Part shown: positions 9,903 through 20,775 of the stretch, piece by piece
How positions within the stretch are numbered: the first letter of the stretch is position 1
How the letters are laid out: every line of letters begins with the position of its first letter
Source of the DNA: a virus
Length of the DNA stretch: 64,000 nt
IMG/VR virus record: IMGVR_UViG_3300032770_000017
Location: 16,208 to 80,207 of that record
Reading direction: 5' to 3' (one strand)
The notes under the pieces: generated by a model
Told to the model about the DNA's origin: nothing
The model's database searches: none
Seen by the model: only the letters and a program-made list of their open reading frames with translations
Made by a program: the position numbers and the translations under genes

Positions 9903-10850
9903 ATGGCCAACGCTGGCGCAATCCCGATCCAAGGGTGCGCGATCGCCATCACGCAACTGCAGGCCAATGGCACCCCCGTCATCGGCTCGACGAGCTACGT
10001 GCAGGACGACAAGCCGTTCCTGAAGTTCACCGCCAAGCCGGTGATGGAGGAAGGCGTCGAGATCACGCCCAAGAGCGCATGCGGCGTGCCGATCATCTCC
10101 TACAAGGACTTCAACTACTACAAGCGCTGGGATGTCACGCTCGACCTCGCCGACTTCGACCTGGACAAGATGTCCATTCTCGGCAACGGCACGCTGCTCA
10201 CCGCCGGCTCGTCGTCGGGGCGCACCTTCACTGATGGCGTGGTCGTTACCAACTCGACGACCATCACGTCGGCCTCGTCGGCGTCCTTCGTGTCCACCGA
10301 CGTGGGCCGCACGATCACCGGTGCCGATGTGCCAGCGAACACCTACATCACAGAGATCCTCGGCACGACTGGCGCGGTGATGAGCGCGGCGGCGACCGGT
10401 TCGACCGGTCCGGGGTCCTACACACTCGGCACGCTCGCTGCCCGCTCGATCGGCTACCAGTGGCCGCAGCTCATCTGCACGCCCAACACCAACGGCGTCT
10501 CAATCGAAATCTGGATGAAGGCGATCGTGCGCTGCACCGGCTACCAGGGCACCACGCCCTACCCGAGCGCCGGTGGCACCCCGACCGGCCTCCCGTCCTC
10601 GGCATGGATCCGCTTCGGCGCCTTCCGGTGCTTCATGTACCACGCCGATATCGACATCGAGGACAAGGAATTCACCAACATGTTCACGGGGTGGGCGATC
10701 GAGAACCCGCTCTTCGGCACCGGACCGCGCAACGACTGGACGACCTCGGGCGTCTCGGGCGGCACGGCCGTGGACACCACCAAGGTCTTCGACGCGATGT
10801 TCGATTTCCAACTCCCGTCCCCGCTCCAGGCCGGGTTCCAGGTCCCGTAG
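9903..10850 (+). CDS. Major tail (tube) protein with inserted S/T-rich domain
   Basis: EEGVEITPKSACG, GVSIEIW, FTGWAIENPLFGTGP motifs typical of actinophage tail tubes; AAGGA RBS. Confidence 0.8.
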   Translation: MANAGAIPIQGCAIAITQLQANGTPVIGSTSYVQDDKPFLKFTAKPVMEEGVEITPKSACGVPIISYKDFNYYKRWDVTLDLADFDLDKMSILGNGTLLTAGSSSGRTFTDGVVVTNSTTITSASSASFVSTDVGRTITGADVPANTYITEILGTTGAVMSAAATGSTGPGSYTLGTLAARSIGYQWPQLICTPNTNGVSIEIWMKAIVRCTGYQGTTPYPSAGGTPTGLPSSAWIRFGAFRCFMYHADIDIEDKEFTNMFTGWAIENPLFGTGPRNDWTTSGVSGGTAVDTTKVFDAMFDFQLPSPLQAGFQVP

Positions 10851-10859
10851 GAGGATCCC

Positions 10860-11342
<483 letters not shown>

Positions 11343-11367
11343 CCCTTCAGCGGCGTAGCCTGAGGCT

Positions 11368-12033
11368 GTGCGCCTTGTCTACGTCTCCCTCGTCGCTGAC
11401 GCCGAGCGGTACGCGTCGGTGGCGGGGGCGCACATCCCCGAGCACGCCACCGCCGTCACGGTTGAAGGCGCGGCCTCTGCGGCGAGCGGGCTGAACCCGG
11501 TCCTCGAACGCTACGCGGCCGACCCATCGGTGGACGGCCTGGTGGTGCTGCACGAGGACGTGATCATCCGTGATCCCGAGTTCGAGCCGATGATCGGAGC
11601 GCACCTGCGCGAGCAACGGGTGGGCCTGATCGGCGTGATCGGCGCCGTGCGGCCACCCGGGCTCAACTGGTGGGACGCCGCGGTCAAGCGGGGCGCGGTA
11701 GACGAGACACGAGGACGCATTGACTTCGGCTGGGGCGACGCCGATGTGGACGTGTGCGACGGGCTGCTCCACGTCATCGGCCGTCGAGCCCTTGACGCCG
11801 GCATCCGTTACGACGAGTGCTACGACGCCTTCCACGGCTACGACTTGGACCTGTGCCTGCAGGTGAGGGCGGCCGGGCTGCGGGTGGTCGTGGCGCCAGT
11901 GTGGGTGGACCACCGCACCCGTGGCGGCTATGGCGACGTGGACGCCTATCTGCGCGCCGATGCCCGGTTCCGCGCCAAGTGGTCAGGAACGGTGCGCGGC
12001 GACGCCGATGTTGGCGAGCAGGTGCGGCGGTAG
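11368..12033 (+). CDS. GT-A fold glycosyltransferase (GT2-like)
   Basis: VVLHEDV, DVCDGLL and FHGYDLDLCLQ motifs. Confidence 0.8.
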   Translation: MRLVYVSLVADAERYASVAGAHIPEHATAVTVEGAASAASGLNPVLERYAADPSVDGLVVLHEDVIIRDPEFEPMIGAHLREQRVGLIGVIGAVRPPGLNWWDAAVKRGAVDETRGRIDFGWGDADVDVCDGLLHVIGRRALDAGIRYDECYDAFHGYDLDLCLQVRAAGLRVVVAPVWVDHRTRGGYGDVDAYLRADARFRAKWSGTVRGDADVGEQVRR

Positions 12034-12699
12034 CTCCTCGGAGATGGCGCTCAACGCGTCGATCAGCCGCGGGTCCCATTCGAGCATCATCGAATTCGGC
12101 ACGACCTTGAGGAAGTAGCCGAAGCATCGCCCAAGCCGGAACCCCGCGGTCCATAGATCGGCATGTAGCTCGTCGCGCGTGTAGACCCGCCGATGGCCTA
12201 CGAGCCTGTCCCGGTCCGAGAGTGTGTCGAGACGTGGCTGCAAGCCCATCCTCACCGCCAGGCGCCGGTGCAGTGATTCGGCGTTGGGGACAACGACCAC
12301 GATGGTCCCGTATGGCTTCAGCCACGAACGCACGGCCTGCAGCATCGTGATCGGGTGCTCGACGTGCTCCAGCACATGCAGGCAGAGCACGCCGTCATAG
12401 GGCTCGGCCGGGGTGAAGTCCTCGAACAGGGAGTGGTGCACGACGAGCCCGGGATGGCGCTCGGCCGCCTCAGCGCACAGCGCCTCCGACCCTTCGACCA
12501 CCTCCACGCTGAGGCCTCGCTCGATCAACGCGGCAGTGACCGCTCCGGTGCCGTAGCCCATCTCCAGCACCCGCTCTGCTGGCCTGAGGGCGTCGAGCAC
12601 CGTGGGCAGGCTGGCGAGCTGCATGGACTCCTCAATAGCGATGTCCGGCACTGACGTGTTGAGGTAGTACCCACGGGCGAAGTCGTCGAGATCGGTCAT
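11983..12699 (-). CDS. Class I SAM-dependent methyltransferase
   Basis: VLEMGYGTG, HVLEHVEHP, VVVPNAESLHR; start ATG at 12699. Confidence 0.9.
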   Translation of the reverse strand: MTDLDDFARGYYLNTSVPDIAIEESMQLASLPTVLDALRPAERVLEMGYGTGAVTAALIERGLSVEVVEGSEALCAEAAERHPGLVVHHSLFEDFTPAEPYDGVLCLHVLEHVEHPITMLQAVRSWLKPYGTIVVVVPNAESLHRRLAVRMGLQPRLDTLSDRDRLVGHRRVYTRDELHADLWTAGFRLGRCFGYFLKVVPNSMMLEWDPRLIDALSAISEELPPHLLANIGVAAHRS

Positions 12700-14000
12700 A
12701 CCTGCTCCGCTGCCCACAGGCCCTGGGCGACCTGCTCGTTGAGGCTGTCGGCGCCGAACGCCATGGCCCCGCCGATCACGGTCACATCCTCCAGGATCGG
12801 CATGGCTTCGGTGCGGGCGGCGGCGAAGCGGCAGCGGTTGCCGGCTGTGGGCGCGGCGAAACCGGGGGCGTGCATCTCGTGCACCGGCCCCAGGCAGGCC
12901 CGCTCGCGCACGATGCCCAGTCGCTCCAGATCGGCCTGGGCGTGGGCCAGCCGTGCGCCTTCGATGCTGATCAGCCGTTCGTCCTCGTGGGCGCCTCCGT
13001 CGTTGACCCGGAAGGCGGTCACGGAAGGATCGGGCACCATCACGGTTGAGGGCAGCGAGAGGATGTCGCGCTCGGCCACCGACACCCAACAGACCGTCAG
13101 CGGCACCCGCTCCAATCGCATGGGCGTGCCGGCAGCGGTGAACAGCGTCTCCGGGCCGAAGCCGATCACCGAGCCTTCTGGCAGGCGCACCTCTAGACGC
13201 CTCTGCCGGGCTTCCTCGAAGCGGAGAAATCCACGATCGAGCATGACGAGCGGTGGCGTCCTGATGACCTCTGCACGGCTCTGGAGCCGATCCAGCAGGC
13301 GCTTGACCACGCCATCGCCCTTGACGGTGTGGAACGGGCGCCGCGGTCGATAGGTGACGGCGTTGTTCGATGCCGCTTCCCAGACCGTCTCGCTGTGGAA
13401 CAGCGGCATCCACAACTTGCGGCGCATGGTGGCAAGTACGCCCTCGGAACCCCAGCGATAGACCTTCAGACAGAACGGCTCTATGAGCAGCTCGTGGAAC
13501 GTCGGACCATGCTGGCTAAGGGACGCCGCTGCCAGGGACCGACCCCAGAGATCGGCAAGGGTGCGGCCACTGTCGGCTTCTTTGGCGATGAGCCTGGCCT
13601 GCTCATCGGTGAGCGCCCCCCGCAGGCGGGTGAGGTCCACGGTGAGGTAGATGTCGGGCGCGCGCCGGCCGTTGACGAACATCTCCGGGCGTCCGGCTTC
13701 TACAAGGTCATCGCCGAGCAGGGAACGGTAGAAGGCCCGGACGTGGGCGATGTGGGGACGGTGACCGCTCATGCCCGGCACATAGGCCGAGATGGGCGGT
13801 TCGTCGGGTGCCTCCTCGGGCCCGTAGGAGGTCTCCAACAGGCGCAGCCCGAACTGCAGGTCCCACGGCCCGAGGCGCATGGGCTCGAAGCCACCGCCAA
13901 TGCCACGCTCCGGCAGGTAGAGCGTGACGGGCTCGCCCCGTTCTGCGAGCGCGTCGGCTGCCACCAGGGCGGCCACGGTGTCACCGGCGACGATGGTCAT
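12696..14000 (-). CDS. Flavoprotein/oxidoreductase-like protein (degenerate Rossmann N-terminus)
   Basis: IVAGDTVAALVAA...GIGGGF resembles NAD(P)/FAD-binding proteins of sugar clusters; function uncertain. Confidence 0.45.
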   Translation of the reverse strand: MTIVAGDTVAALVAADALAERGEPVTLYLPERGIGGGFEPMRLGPWDLQFGLRLLETSYGPEEAPDEPPISAYVPGMSGHRPHIAHVRAFYRSLLGDDLVEAGRPEMFVNGRRAPDIYLTVDLTRLRGALTDEQARLIAKEADSGRTLADLWGRSLAAASLSQHGPTFHELLIEPFCLKVYRWGSEGVLATMRRKLWMPLFHSETVWEAASNNAVTYRPRRPFHTVKGDGVVKRLLDRLQSRAEVIRTPPLVMLDRGFLRFEEARQRRLEVRLPEGSVIGFGPETLFTAAGTPMRLERVPLTVCWVSVAERDILSLPSTVMVPDPSVTAFRVNDGGAHEDERLISIEGARLAHAQADLERLGIVRERACLGPVHEMHAPGFAAPTAGNRCRFAAARTEAMPILEDVTVIGGAMAFGADSLNEQVAQGLWAAEQV

Positions 14001-14686
14001 GCCCGGAAGGTCAGGTAGTTCACGGCGCAGTTGTCGGGGAAGCGGTGGGCGACCAGGCGGAAGCCTTCGAGCACTTCGACGGGCAGTCTGGCCATCTCGT
14101 CGTTGGGCAACGGCTTGAACACGATGCCCTGGCGTCCGATGAGGCTGAACCCCGCATTCACGGCCAGCGCCTCCAGTTCAAAGGCGGTGTAGAGCCGGAC
14201 CGTTCCCCATTGCCGACCGCGCTCGCTCACCTCAGAGCAGTCGCAGATCAGCCCGAGGTCCAAGGCGACGAGGCGATGCACCGATTCCGGGTTCTGCGAG
14301 GCGAGGTGCAGCATCCCGTCGTGGCGCAGCAGGTGATGGCAGTGGCGCAGGAACTGGCCGGGGTGCTCCAGTTCGTGGATCACGTTGGTCACCACGACGT
14401 GGTCATACGGCACGCCGCTGCGGAAATGGGAGACGTTGTCCTGGACGAACGAGGCACTGATCAGGTGCCGCGCTCGGGCCCGGGCCAGGTAGGCCTCCGA
14501 GCGGTCGACGCCGACCACGGTGGCCCCGGCCGCGACGAACAGCGACGACATGAGCCCCGTGGCGCAGCCCATCTCCAGCACGCGGTCACGCGGCCCGAGG
14601 TGCTCAGCGATGGCCTCACCGGTGGCGATGGTGTAGAAGCGGTCGAAGTCGGTATCGGGGTCGTAGGAGTCCGAATAGTCCGTCAT
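13997..14686 (-). CDS. Class I SAM-dependent methyltransferase, paralog of 11983-12699
   Basis: VLEMGCATG, NVIHELEHP, NPESVHR. Confidence 0.9.
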   Translation of the reverse strand: MTDYSDSYDPDTDFDRFYTIATGEAIAEHLGPRDRVLEMGCATGLMSSLFVAAGATVVGVDRSEAYLARARARHLISASFVQDNVSHFRSGVPYDHVVVTNVIHELEHPGQFLRHCHHLLRHDGMLHLASQNPESVHRLVALDLGLICDCSEVSERGRQWGTVRLYTAFELEALAVNAGFSLIGRQGIVFKPLPNDEMARLPVEVLEGFRLVAHRFPDNCAVNYLTFRA

Positions 14687-15090
14687 GGCCGATCCCCGCT
14701 GGGTAAACCGAGAGCGAACTTCGTCACGCCGTCATACTTCGTCTTGGACCGGCCGCCCAATGGGTTGCGTGTCTCGCCGTCATAACTGTGGAACGCCTCT
14801 TCGCCCTGCATCTGAAAATCAATCGGCAGACCGGTGACATGACGGCCCCACAGGCTGATAGCCACATTCAGCGTATAAACGGCGAATGGCGACATCACGT
14901 CCTCTGCCCAAGGCAAGAGCATGCGCACGTCAACGTCACGCCAATCGCCACCGCGCTCGACGGAACCGACGAGGTAGGGCGTCTGCTCGAAGGCATCACG
15001 AAGCTGGCGACCCCACTGATCGAGCACAAACAACTCCGCAGGACTAAGGGTCGTACCTCGGCGTCTCGCCGTGCTAGCGGGATCCGTCAT
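14683..15090 (-). CDS. Minimal Pol-beta-type nucleotidyltransferase-like protein
   Basis: YLVGS...WRDVDVR (GS...DxD) motif. Confidence 0.6.
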   Translation of the reverse strand: MTDPASTARRRGTTLSPAELFVLDQWGRQLRDAFEQTPYLVGSVERGGDWRDVDVRMLLPWAEDVMSPFAVYTLNVAISLWGRHVTGLPIDFQMQGEEAFHSYDGETRNPLGGRSKTKYDGVTKFALGLPSGDRP

Positions 15091-16013
15091 GGCCGCCACA
15101 CCAGATCAAGGCGTAGGGACTGGCGGGCGCCCACGCTCTGCTTGAACTGCACGAGCCCAGCATCGGCCACGCCGTCCTTGCTGGACCGGCCGAGGTCGAT
15201 CGTGAGGGCGCCCTGTTCGAGGCCCCACTGCACGAGCTTGTAGGCCAGATGGTTCATCGGCGAGCACGGTAGGTCGGTGGCATCGTCGCCCCAGTACACG
15301 ACGAGGAAGCGCTGGGGCAGCACGCGGTAGACCAGCGCCGCCGCGCATCGCTTGAGACCATGCACGACGGTGAACATGTGCACGTCGCCGGGGAACGTGT
15401 CGCGCATGCGCAGCACGTATTCGCGGCTGAGCAGGAGCTGGCGCCCTTTGCGTGCCCGGTTGGTCTCCAGCACGTCGTAGGCCCGTTCCCATTCCTCGTC
15501 ACCGATGGCCTCGAAGAAGGCGAAGGGCTCGCGGTGAGAGCGCAGCAGGGCCTTTCGTGCCTCGCGTTTGAGGGAGACGATGTAGTCGGCGAACGTCTCA
15601 AGGACCGCGAGATCAATGTGGTGGTTCAGATCGCACGTCTCGACCCAGAACCCGGCATTGAGCAGGGCGAACTGCAGCGCCGTCTCGTTGCGGCTGTAGA
15701 ACGCTGGCTTGCACCGGATGCGCACGCTCGGCCACTGGTTGAGCCGCGCCCAGTCCATGAGGTCATCGACCAGGGAGACGACATTGCCCACGGTCTCGGG
15801 CTCGCGGACGAAGTCGGGGCCACCGAAGGGCGCCGACCAGCCCGAATCGAACCCCTCGGCGGTCAGCACCCCGGTCACCGTGCCGATGGGCCGGATGCCG
15901 CTGAGCCGGGCGTGAGGCGCCTCGAATGCCTGGAAGCGGGAGCCGCAGGTGAGGTTGCGGGCGTGATAGGCCTCGCGGTTGAACAGGGCCAGATGATGGT
16001 CACCGCCCGTCAT
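15087..16013 (-). CDS. GNAT/FemAB-like N-acyltransferase
   Basis: APFGGP, CSPMNHL, IDLGRSSKDG..AGLVQFKQSVGA; adjacent to fdtA/B-like genes. Confidence 0.75.
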   Translation of the reverse strand: MTGGDHHLALFNREAYHARNLTCGSRFQAFEAPHARLSGIRPIGTVTGVLTAEGFDSGWSAPFGGPDFVREPETVGNVVSLVDDLMDWARLNQWPSVRIRCKPAFYSRNETALQFALLNAGFWVETCDLNHHIDLAVLETFADYIVSLKREARKALLRSHREPFAFFEAIGDEEWERAYDVLETNRARKGRQLLLSREYVLRMRDTFPGDVHMFTVVHGLKRCAAALVYRVLPQRFLVVYWGDDATDLPCSPMNHLAYKLVQWGLEQGALTIDLGRSSKDGVADAGLVQFKQSVGARQSLRLDLVWRP

Positions 16014-16040
16014 GCTCCGTAATCCTAACCTCTGTTGCCT

Positions 16041-16457
16041 ATGACCACCACGAACAGGCCGACCGTTGACGACTGCCGCCTCGTCAACCTGCCGAAGATC
16101 GCCGACCCGCGGGGCAATCTGTCCTTCGTCGAAGGCGGTAGGCATGTGCCCTTTGAGATACGCCGTGCGTTCTGGTTATATGACGTGCCCGGCGGCGAGA
16201 GCCGGGCTGGGCACGCCAACAAGGAACTGGAGCAGTTGATCGTCGCCGTGAGCGGCAGTTTCGATGTGCAGCTCGACGATGGGCAATCCACGAAGACCGT
16301 CACTCTGCGCCGCTCCTATCGCGGCCTGTACGTGCCCGGGATGATCTGGCGGGATATCTACAACTTCTCGTCGGGCTCGGTGTGCCTAGTGCTGTGCTCG
16401 GGCCTCTACGACCCCGATGACTACTTCCGCGACTACGGCGAATTCGTGAACGCATGA
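16041..16457 (+). CDS. fdtA: dTDP-6-deoxy-4-keto-hexose 3,4-ketoisomerase (FdtA/QdtA cupin)
   Basis: DPRGNLSFVEG, RAGHANKELEQ, GLYVPGMIWR, FSSGSVCLVL. Confidence 0.9.
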   Translation: MTTTNRPTVDDCRLVNLPKIADPRGNLSFVEGGRHVPFEIRRAFWLYDVPGGESRAGHANKELEQLIVAVSGSFDVQLDDGQSTKTVTLRRSYRGLYVPGMIWRDIYNFSSGSVCLVLCSGLYDPDDYFRDYGEFVNA

Positions 16458-17539
16458 CCACGCTGACCGTGCGCGTCCCCTTCCTCGACGTGGGCGCCAC
16501 CTACCGGGCACTGCAGGGCGAGATCGACCGGGCCGTGGCTGATGTGCTGGCCAGCGGCTCCTACATCCTCGGCGAGCAGGTGGCGGCGTTCGAGCAGGAA
16601 TACGCGGCCTTCACCGGCGCCCGGCACTGCGTGGGTGTGGGCAACGGGCTTGACGCCCTGACGCTGTGCCTCCTGGCCCTCGGGATCGGCACGGGCGACG
16701 AGGTGATCGTGCCTTCGAACACCTACATCGCCACTTGGCTGGCCGTGTCGCGCACCGGGGCCGTACCGGTCCCGGTCGAGCCCGACTTGTGGTCGTTCAA
16801 CATCGACCCCGAGCGCATCGAGGCAGCCATCACCCCACAGACGCGGGCGATCATGCCCGTGCACCTCTATGGCCAGCCTGCCGATCTCGCTGCCATCATG
16901 GCCGTTGCCGATGCCTACGGGCTGGCCGTGGTGGACGACGCGGCCCAAGCCCACGGGGCGCGCCTCGGGCCGAGCACGATGACCGGCTGGAGCTTCTACC
17001 CGACCAAATGTCTCGGCTGTTTCGGCGACGGGGGCGCGGTGACCACCGACGAGGGGGCCCTGGCCGACTCGGTAAGGCGACTGGCCAACTATGGGCGCGT
17101 GAGCCGCTACCGCAACGATGACCAGGGCATCAACAGTCGGCTGGACGAGCTGCAGGCCGCCGTCCTGCGGGTCAAACTTCCGCACCTGACCGAGTGGAAC
17201 CGGCGCCGGAAGGAGATCGCGGGCCGCTACACAGCCGCTTTCCAGGGCATCTCGGGGCTGATCGTCCCTGGCGAGGTGGGGCGTTCCGTCTGGCACCTCT
17301 ATGTCGTGCGCTCGTTCCGGCGCGATGCCCTGGCCCTGCATCTGAGCGGATGGGGGGTGGAGACGGCGGTGCACTACCCGGTGCCGCCGCACCGCCAGCG
17401 GGCCTACGCCAAGGCGCGCCCGGCCTACCTGCCCAACGCTGATGAGCTGGGCAAGGAGGTGCTGAGCCTGCCCATCGGCCCGCACATGAGCGACGAGGAC
17501 GTGGACGCCGTGATCGAAGCCGTCCGGTCCTTCCGGTGA
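16454..17539 (+). CDS. fdtB: DegT/DnrJ/EryC1/StrS PLP aminotransferase (FdtB/QdtB-like)
   Basis: GVGNGLDAL, PVHLYGQ, DAAQAHGA, SFYPTK, NSRLDELQAA. Confidence 0.92.
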   Translation: MTTLTVRVPFLDVGATYRALQGEIDRAVADVLASGSYILGEQVAAFEQEYAAFTGARHCVGVGNGLDALTLCLLALGIGTGDEVIVPSNTYIATWLAVSRTGAVPVPVEPDLWSFNIDPERIEAAITPQTRAIMPVHLYGQPADLAAIMAVADAYGLAVVDDAAQAHGARLGPSTMTGWSFYPTKCLGCFGDGGAVTTDEGALADSVRRLANYGRVSRYRNDDQGINSRLDELQAAVLRVKLPHLTEWNRRRKEIAGRYTAAFQGISGLIVPGEVGRSVWHLYVVRSFRRDALALHLSGWGVETAVHYPVPPHRQRAYAKARPAYLPNADELGKEVLSLPIGPHMSDEDVDAVIEAVRSFR

Positions 17540-20500
17540 CCGATCACGCGGCTGCGATCGCCGAATCGGCGGCGGTCCTGGAGCGGCTGGAGGCTGACGC
17601 CGAGCGGCTGGCAGGGGCCAGCCAATCTGAGGCGGCGGCCGCGGTGGCGCAGGTCGCCGCCCACTTCGCATGGTTCAATCACCCGGGCCGCTATGTCAGC
17701 CCGCGCCTAGAGGCTGTTCTGAGGGGCCTGTCGGGCTCGCTGGAGCCCGTTGGCAACGCCGTCGGCTCCCCGCCCCAGCGGGTCCTCCATGTCCTCACAC
17801 AGGCCTACAGCACGGGAGGGCACACCCGCTACGCCAGGCGGTGGGCCGAATGGGACACGGCCCATGCCCATGCCTTCGCCCTTACGAATCAGCGCGGCGG
17901 CGGCATCCCCGAGGGGCTCATGCGTTACGACGTGCGAAGCCTCGAGGGCCCGATGCTCACCCGGGCCGCTCGCCTGCGGCAGTTGGCCTCGCGCGCCGAT
18001 CTGGTCGTCTCCTTCGCCCATCCCTACGACGTGGTGCCGATGCTCGCCTTCGCCGCCTGGGAGGGCAGGCCGTCGGTGATCGTGGCTGACCATGTTGACC
18101 ATGCGTTCTGGCTCGGCGCCTCGATCGCGGACGTGGTGGCCTGCCATCGGGCCGAGGGGCGGCGGGTCGCCACCGAGCGGCGGGGCATCGAAGCCAGGCG
18201 CTGTGTGGACCTACCTATCCCCGCCGACGATTCACGCCCGTTTAGCCCGGCGGCTAAATCTGAGGCCAGGGCTGCCCTCGGGATCGCCGAGGACGCCAAG
18301 GTGCTGCTCACCGTTGGCGATGCCTACAAGTACCTCACCGACGGCCCCGGCATCGTGGAGGTGCTCGCGCCGGTGCTCGACGCGGACCCCGACGCTCTCC
18401 TCATTGCCGTGGGCCCGCAATCGGACGGCATGTGGGCGTCGCACCCGCAGGTGGTAGCCGTCGGGCGGGTGCCGTCGCTGGAGGGGTTCTGGGCGGCCGC
18501 GGACGTCTATCTCGACTCCTGGCCGTGCTCAGGGGCGACCTCGGCCATGGAGATGGCGGTGCGCGGTGTGCCGGTCGTGCAGTTCTGCCCCGACCCCGAA
18601 GCCGAACGGTTCTACTACCCCGACGAGATTGGACCGCCGTCGCGCTGCCACACCGTGGAGACCTACCGGGCCCGCATCGAAGCCCTGCTCGTCAACCCGT
18701 CGCTGCGGGCCGGGCTAGGCCGCCAGCTCGCCATTGCCGCTCGGGCGCGGCACGGCAAGAAGGGATGGCTCAAGGCTCTGGGCAAGGTCTACGCCGCTGC
18801 CATCTCGGTCGGCCCCGCGCCCATGCTGGCGGCCGTCCCCGAACCGTCACCCACAGACACCGCCGATGGGTTCCTCGTCGACCTCGACGCCGCCCTCAGC
18901 CGGTTCTCGGGCCTCGGGGGCGCCATCGCCGAGCACGGCCATCTCATCCCTGCCGGCACCCATTGGAATAGCGTCACGTCGGCCATGAGCGCATCGGTGG
19001 TCATCCCGGCGTGGAACGCCGCCGAGCAGACGCAGGCCTGCCTCGACTCGGTGCTCCCGACCTTGCGCGACGTGGACCGGGTGGTGGTGGTCGACAACGG
19101 CTCGACCGACACCACACCTCAGATGCTGCGCAACTATGGCTGGCCGGTGTCGGTGCTGACCAACCCCGAGAACCGGGGCTTCGCCGCGGCCAACAACCAG
19201 GGCGCCGACTTCACCGACAGCGACGTGGTCGTGTTCCTCAACTCCGACACGATCGTGCACGAGGGCTGGCTGGACGCTCTGTGCCTCCCATTCGCCGACG
19301 AGACGGTGGGTGCGGTGGGACCCCTCGGGACGAACGTGAGCGGCCCACAGGGCATCCTGGCGCCGAATTGGGAGGCCGTGCAGGTGGGAAGGCTGGTCGG
19401 GTTCTGCCTGGCCGTGCGGCGCTCGGCACTCGACGAGGTCAGCGGGTGGGACGAGGAGTTCACCGGCGGCTACGAGGATGACTGGCTCTGCCACCGCCTC
19501 AGCGCCCGCGGCTGGCGCCTGGTCATCACCTCACAGACCATCGTGGAGCACGTCGGGCACGCGTCCTTCGATGCCAACGAGGTGGACTGGTACGCCCGCC
19601 AGGAGTCCAACCGGCCGCTGTGGGAGGCCAGGCGCCACGAGGACATCGCCATGGTCGCCATCGTCCGCGACGAGGCGGCGGTCATCGAGCGCCTCCTGAC
19701 CTCGGCTGCCCAGGTGTGCGGGCGGGCGGTGGTGGTGGACACGGGCTCGGTGGACAAGACGCCAGAGATCGTGGAGAAGGTGTGCGCCGACCTGGGCCTG
19801 GCCCTAACGCTGGAGCACCGGCCGTGGACCGACTTCGCCACCAACCGCACCGAGGCCCTCCGCATCGGCCAGGAATCAGGCGCCGGCTGGTTGCTGTTGC
19901 TCGACGCTGAGCAGACGCTCGAGGTGACCGGGCCGCTGCCGAACCTGTGCGGGGACGCCTATCAGGTGGCGATGAGCGTGGGCGGCCTGTACTACACCAA
20001 CGCCAAGCTGGTCCGGGCCCGGCGCGGCTGGCAGTTCATCGGCGCCGCCCACGAGTACCTCCACACCCTCGACGGCGAGGCCTACCAGGCCCAGCCGCTC
20101 GGGCCGTGCCTGACCGTGGTCGACCATCTCGACTCCGGCGACCGGATGGCCAAGATCGCCCGCAACCGGGTGCTGCTCGAAGCCGACCTCGAACGGGACC
20201 CCGACAACCCGCGCACGGTGTTCTATCTGGGCGAGACCTACCGCGACCTCGGCGACCGGGAGGCGGCCAAGGCGATGTACAAGCGGCGGGCGCTGATGGA
20301 GGGCACGTTCGAGGAGGAGGGCTGGTACGCCCACTGGCAATGGGGCTCGCTTGTCAGCGAGGACGACCTGGACACCGCCTCGGTGATCCTCACCCACGCC
20401 TTCGAGCGCCGTCCGCACCGGGCCGAGCCGCTCTGGGACCTCGGGCGCCACTACCGGTTCGCCAAGCGCTACCAGGCCGCCTACATGGTCCTCTCCCACG

Positions 20501-20709
20501 CCATCACCCTGCCGCTGCCGCCGGACACCCTGTTCGTCCACGCCGCGGTCTACGACCACCTGATCGCCTTCGAGCTGGCCATCGCCGCCTGGTGGACGGG
20601 GCGCTATGCCGAGTCCGACGGCCGGAACCGGGAACTGCTGGCCCGGGACGCGCTGCCCTCCAACATTCGCGAGGCGGTCGAGCGGAACCTCGCCATCCCG
20701 CACCCCTAA
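17536..20709 (+). CDS. Tri-domain glycosyltransferase: GT-B (GT4-like) + GT2 + GT2 with C-terminal TPR-like helices
   Basis: GGHTR...ADVYLDSWP; VVIPAWN/VVVVDNGSTD/FLNSDT; AIVRDEAAVI/VVVDTGSVD/LLLDAE; RTVFYLGETY and PHRAEPLW. Confidence 0.85.
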   Translation: MTDHAAAIAESAAVLERLEADAERLAGASQSEAAAAVAQVAAHFAWFNHPGRYVSPRLEAVLRGLSGSLEPVGNAVGSPPQRVLHVLTQAYSTGGHTRYARRWAEWDTAHAHAFALTNQRGGGIPEGLMRYDVRSLEGPMLTRAARLRQLASRADLVVSFAHPYDVVPMLAFAAWEGRPSVIVADHVDHAFWLGASIADVVACHRAEGRRVATERRGIEARRCVDLPIPADDSRPFSPAAKSEARAALGIAEDAKVLLTVGDAYKYLTDGPGIVEVLAPVLDADPDALLIAVGPQSDGMWASHPQVVAVGRVPSLEGFWAAADVYLDSWPCSGATSAMEMAVRGVPVVQFCPDPEAERFYYPDEIGPPSRCHTVETYRARIEALLVNPSLRAGLGRQLAIAARARHGKKGWLKALGKVYAAAISVGPAPMLAAVPEPSPTDTADGFLVDLDAALSRFSGLGGAIAEHGHLIPAGTHWNSVTSAMSASVVIPAWNAAEQTQACLDSVLPTLRDVDRVVVVDNGSTDTTPQMLRNYGWPVSVLTNPENRGFAAANNQGADFTDSDVVVFLNSDTIVHEGWLDALCLPFADETVGAVGPLGTNVSGPQGILAPNWEAVQVGRLVGFCLAVRRSALDEVSGWDEEFTGGYEDDWLCHRLSARGWRLVITSQTIVEHVGHASFDANEVDWYARQESNRPLWEARRHEDIAMVAIVRDEAAVIERLLTSAAQVCGRAVVVDTGSVDKTPEIVEKVCADLGLALTLEHRPWTDFATNRTEALRIGQESGAGWLLLLDAEQTLEVTGPLPNLCGDAYQVAMSVGGLYYTNAKLVRARRGWQFIGAAHEYLHTLDGEAYQAQPLGPCLTVVDHLDSGDRMAKIARNRVLLEADLERDPDNPRTVFYLGETYRDLGDREAAKAMYKRRALMEGTFEEEGWYAHWQWGSLVSEDDLDTASVILTHAFERRPHRAEPLWDLGRHYRFAKRYQAAYMVLSHAITLPLPPDTLFVHAAVYDHLIAFELAIAAWWTGRYAESDGRNRELLARDALPSNIREAVERNLAIPHP

Positions 20710-20775
20710 CCGTCTCCGGGCGCGTCCCGTGCCCTATCATCCCGACGATGGCCGACGGCGTAGGAGGCTGAACAG

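Noticed and set aside
11368-20709. Host O-antigen/EPS island or DNA glycosylation as the role of the sugar cluster
   Set aside because: No flippase, polymerase or membrane priming GT and no base-hydroxymethylase seen; position among structural genes favours protein targets, though this is not excluded experimentally
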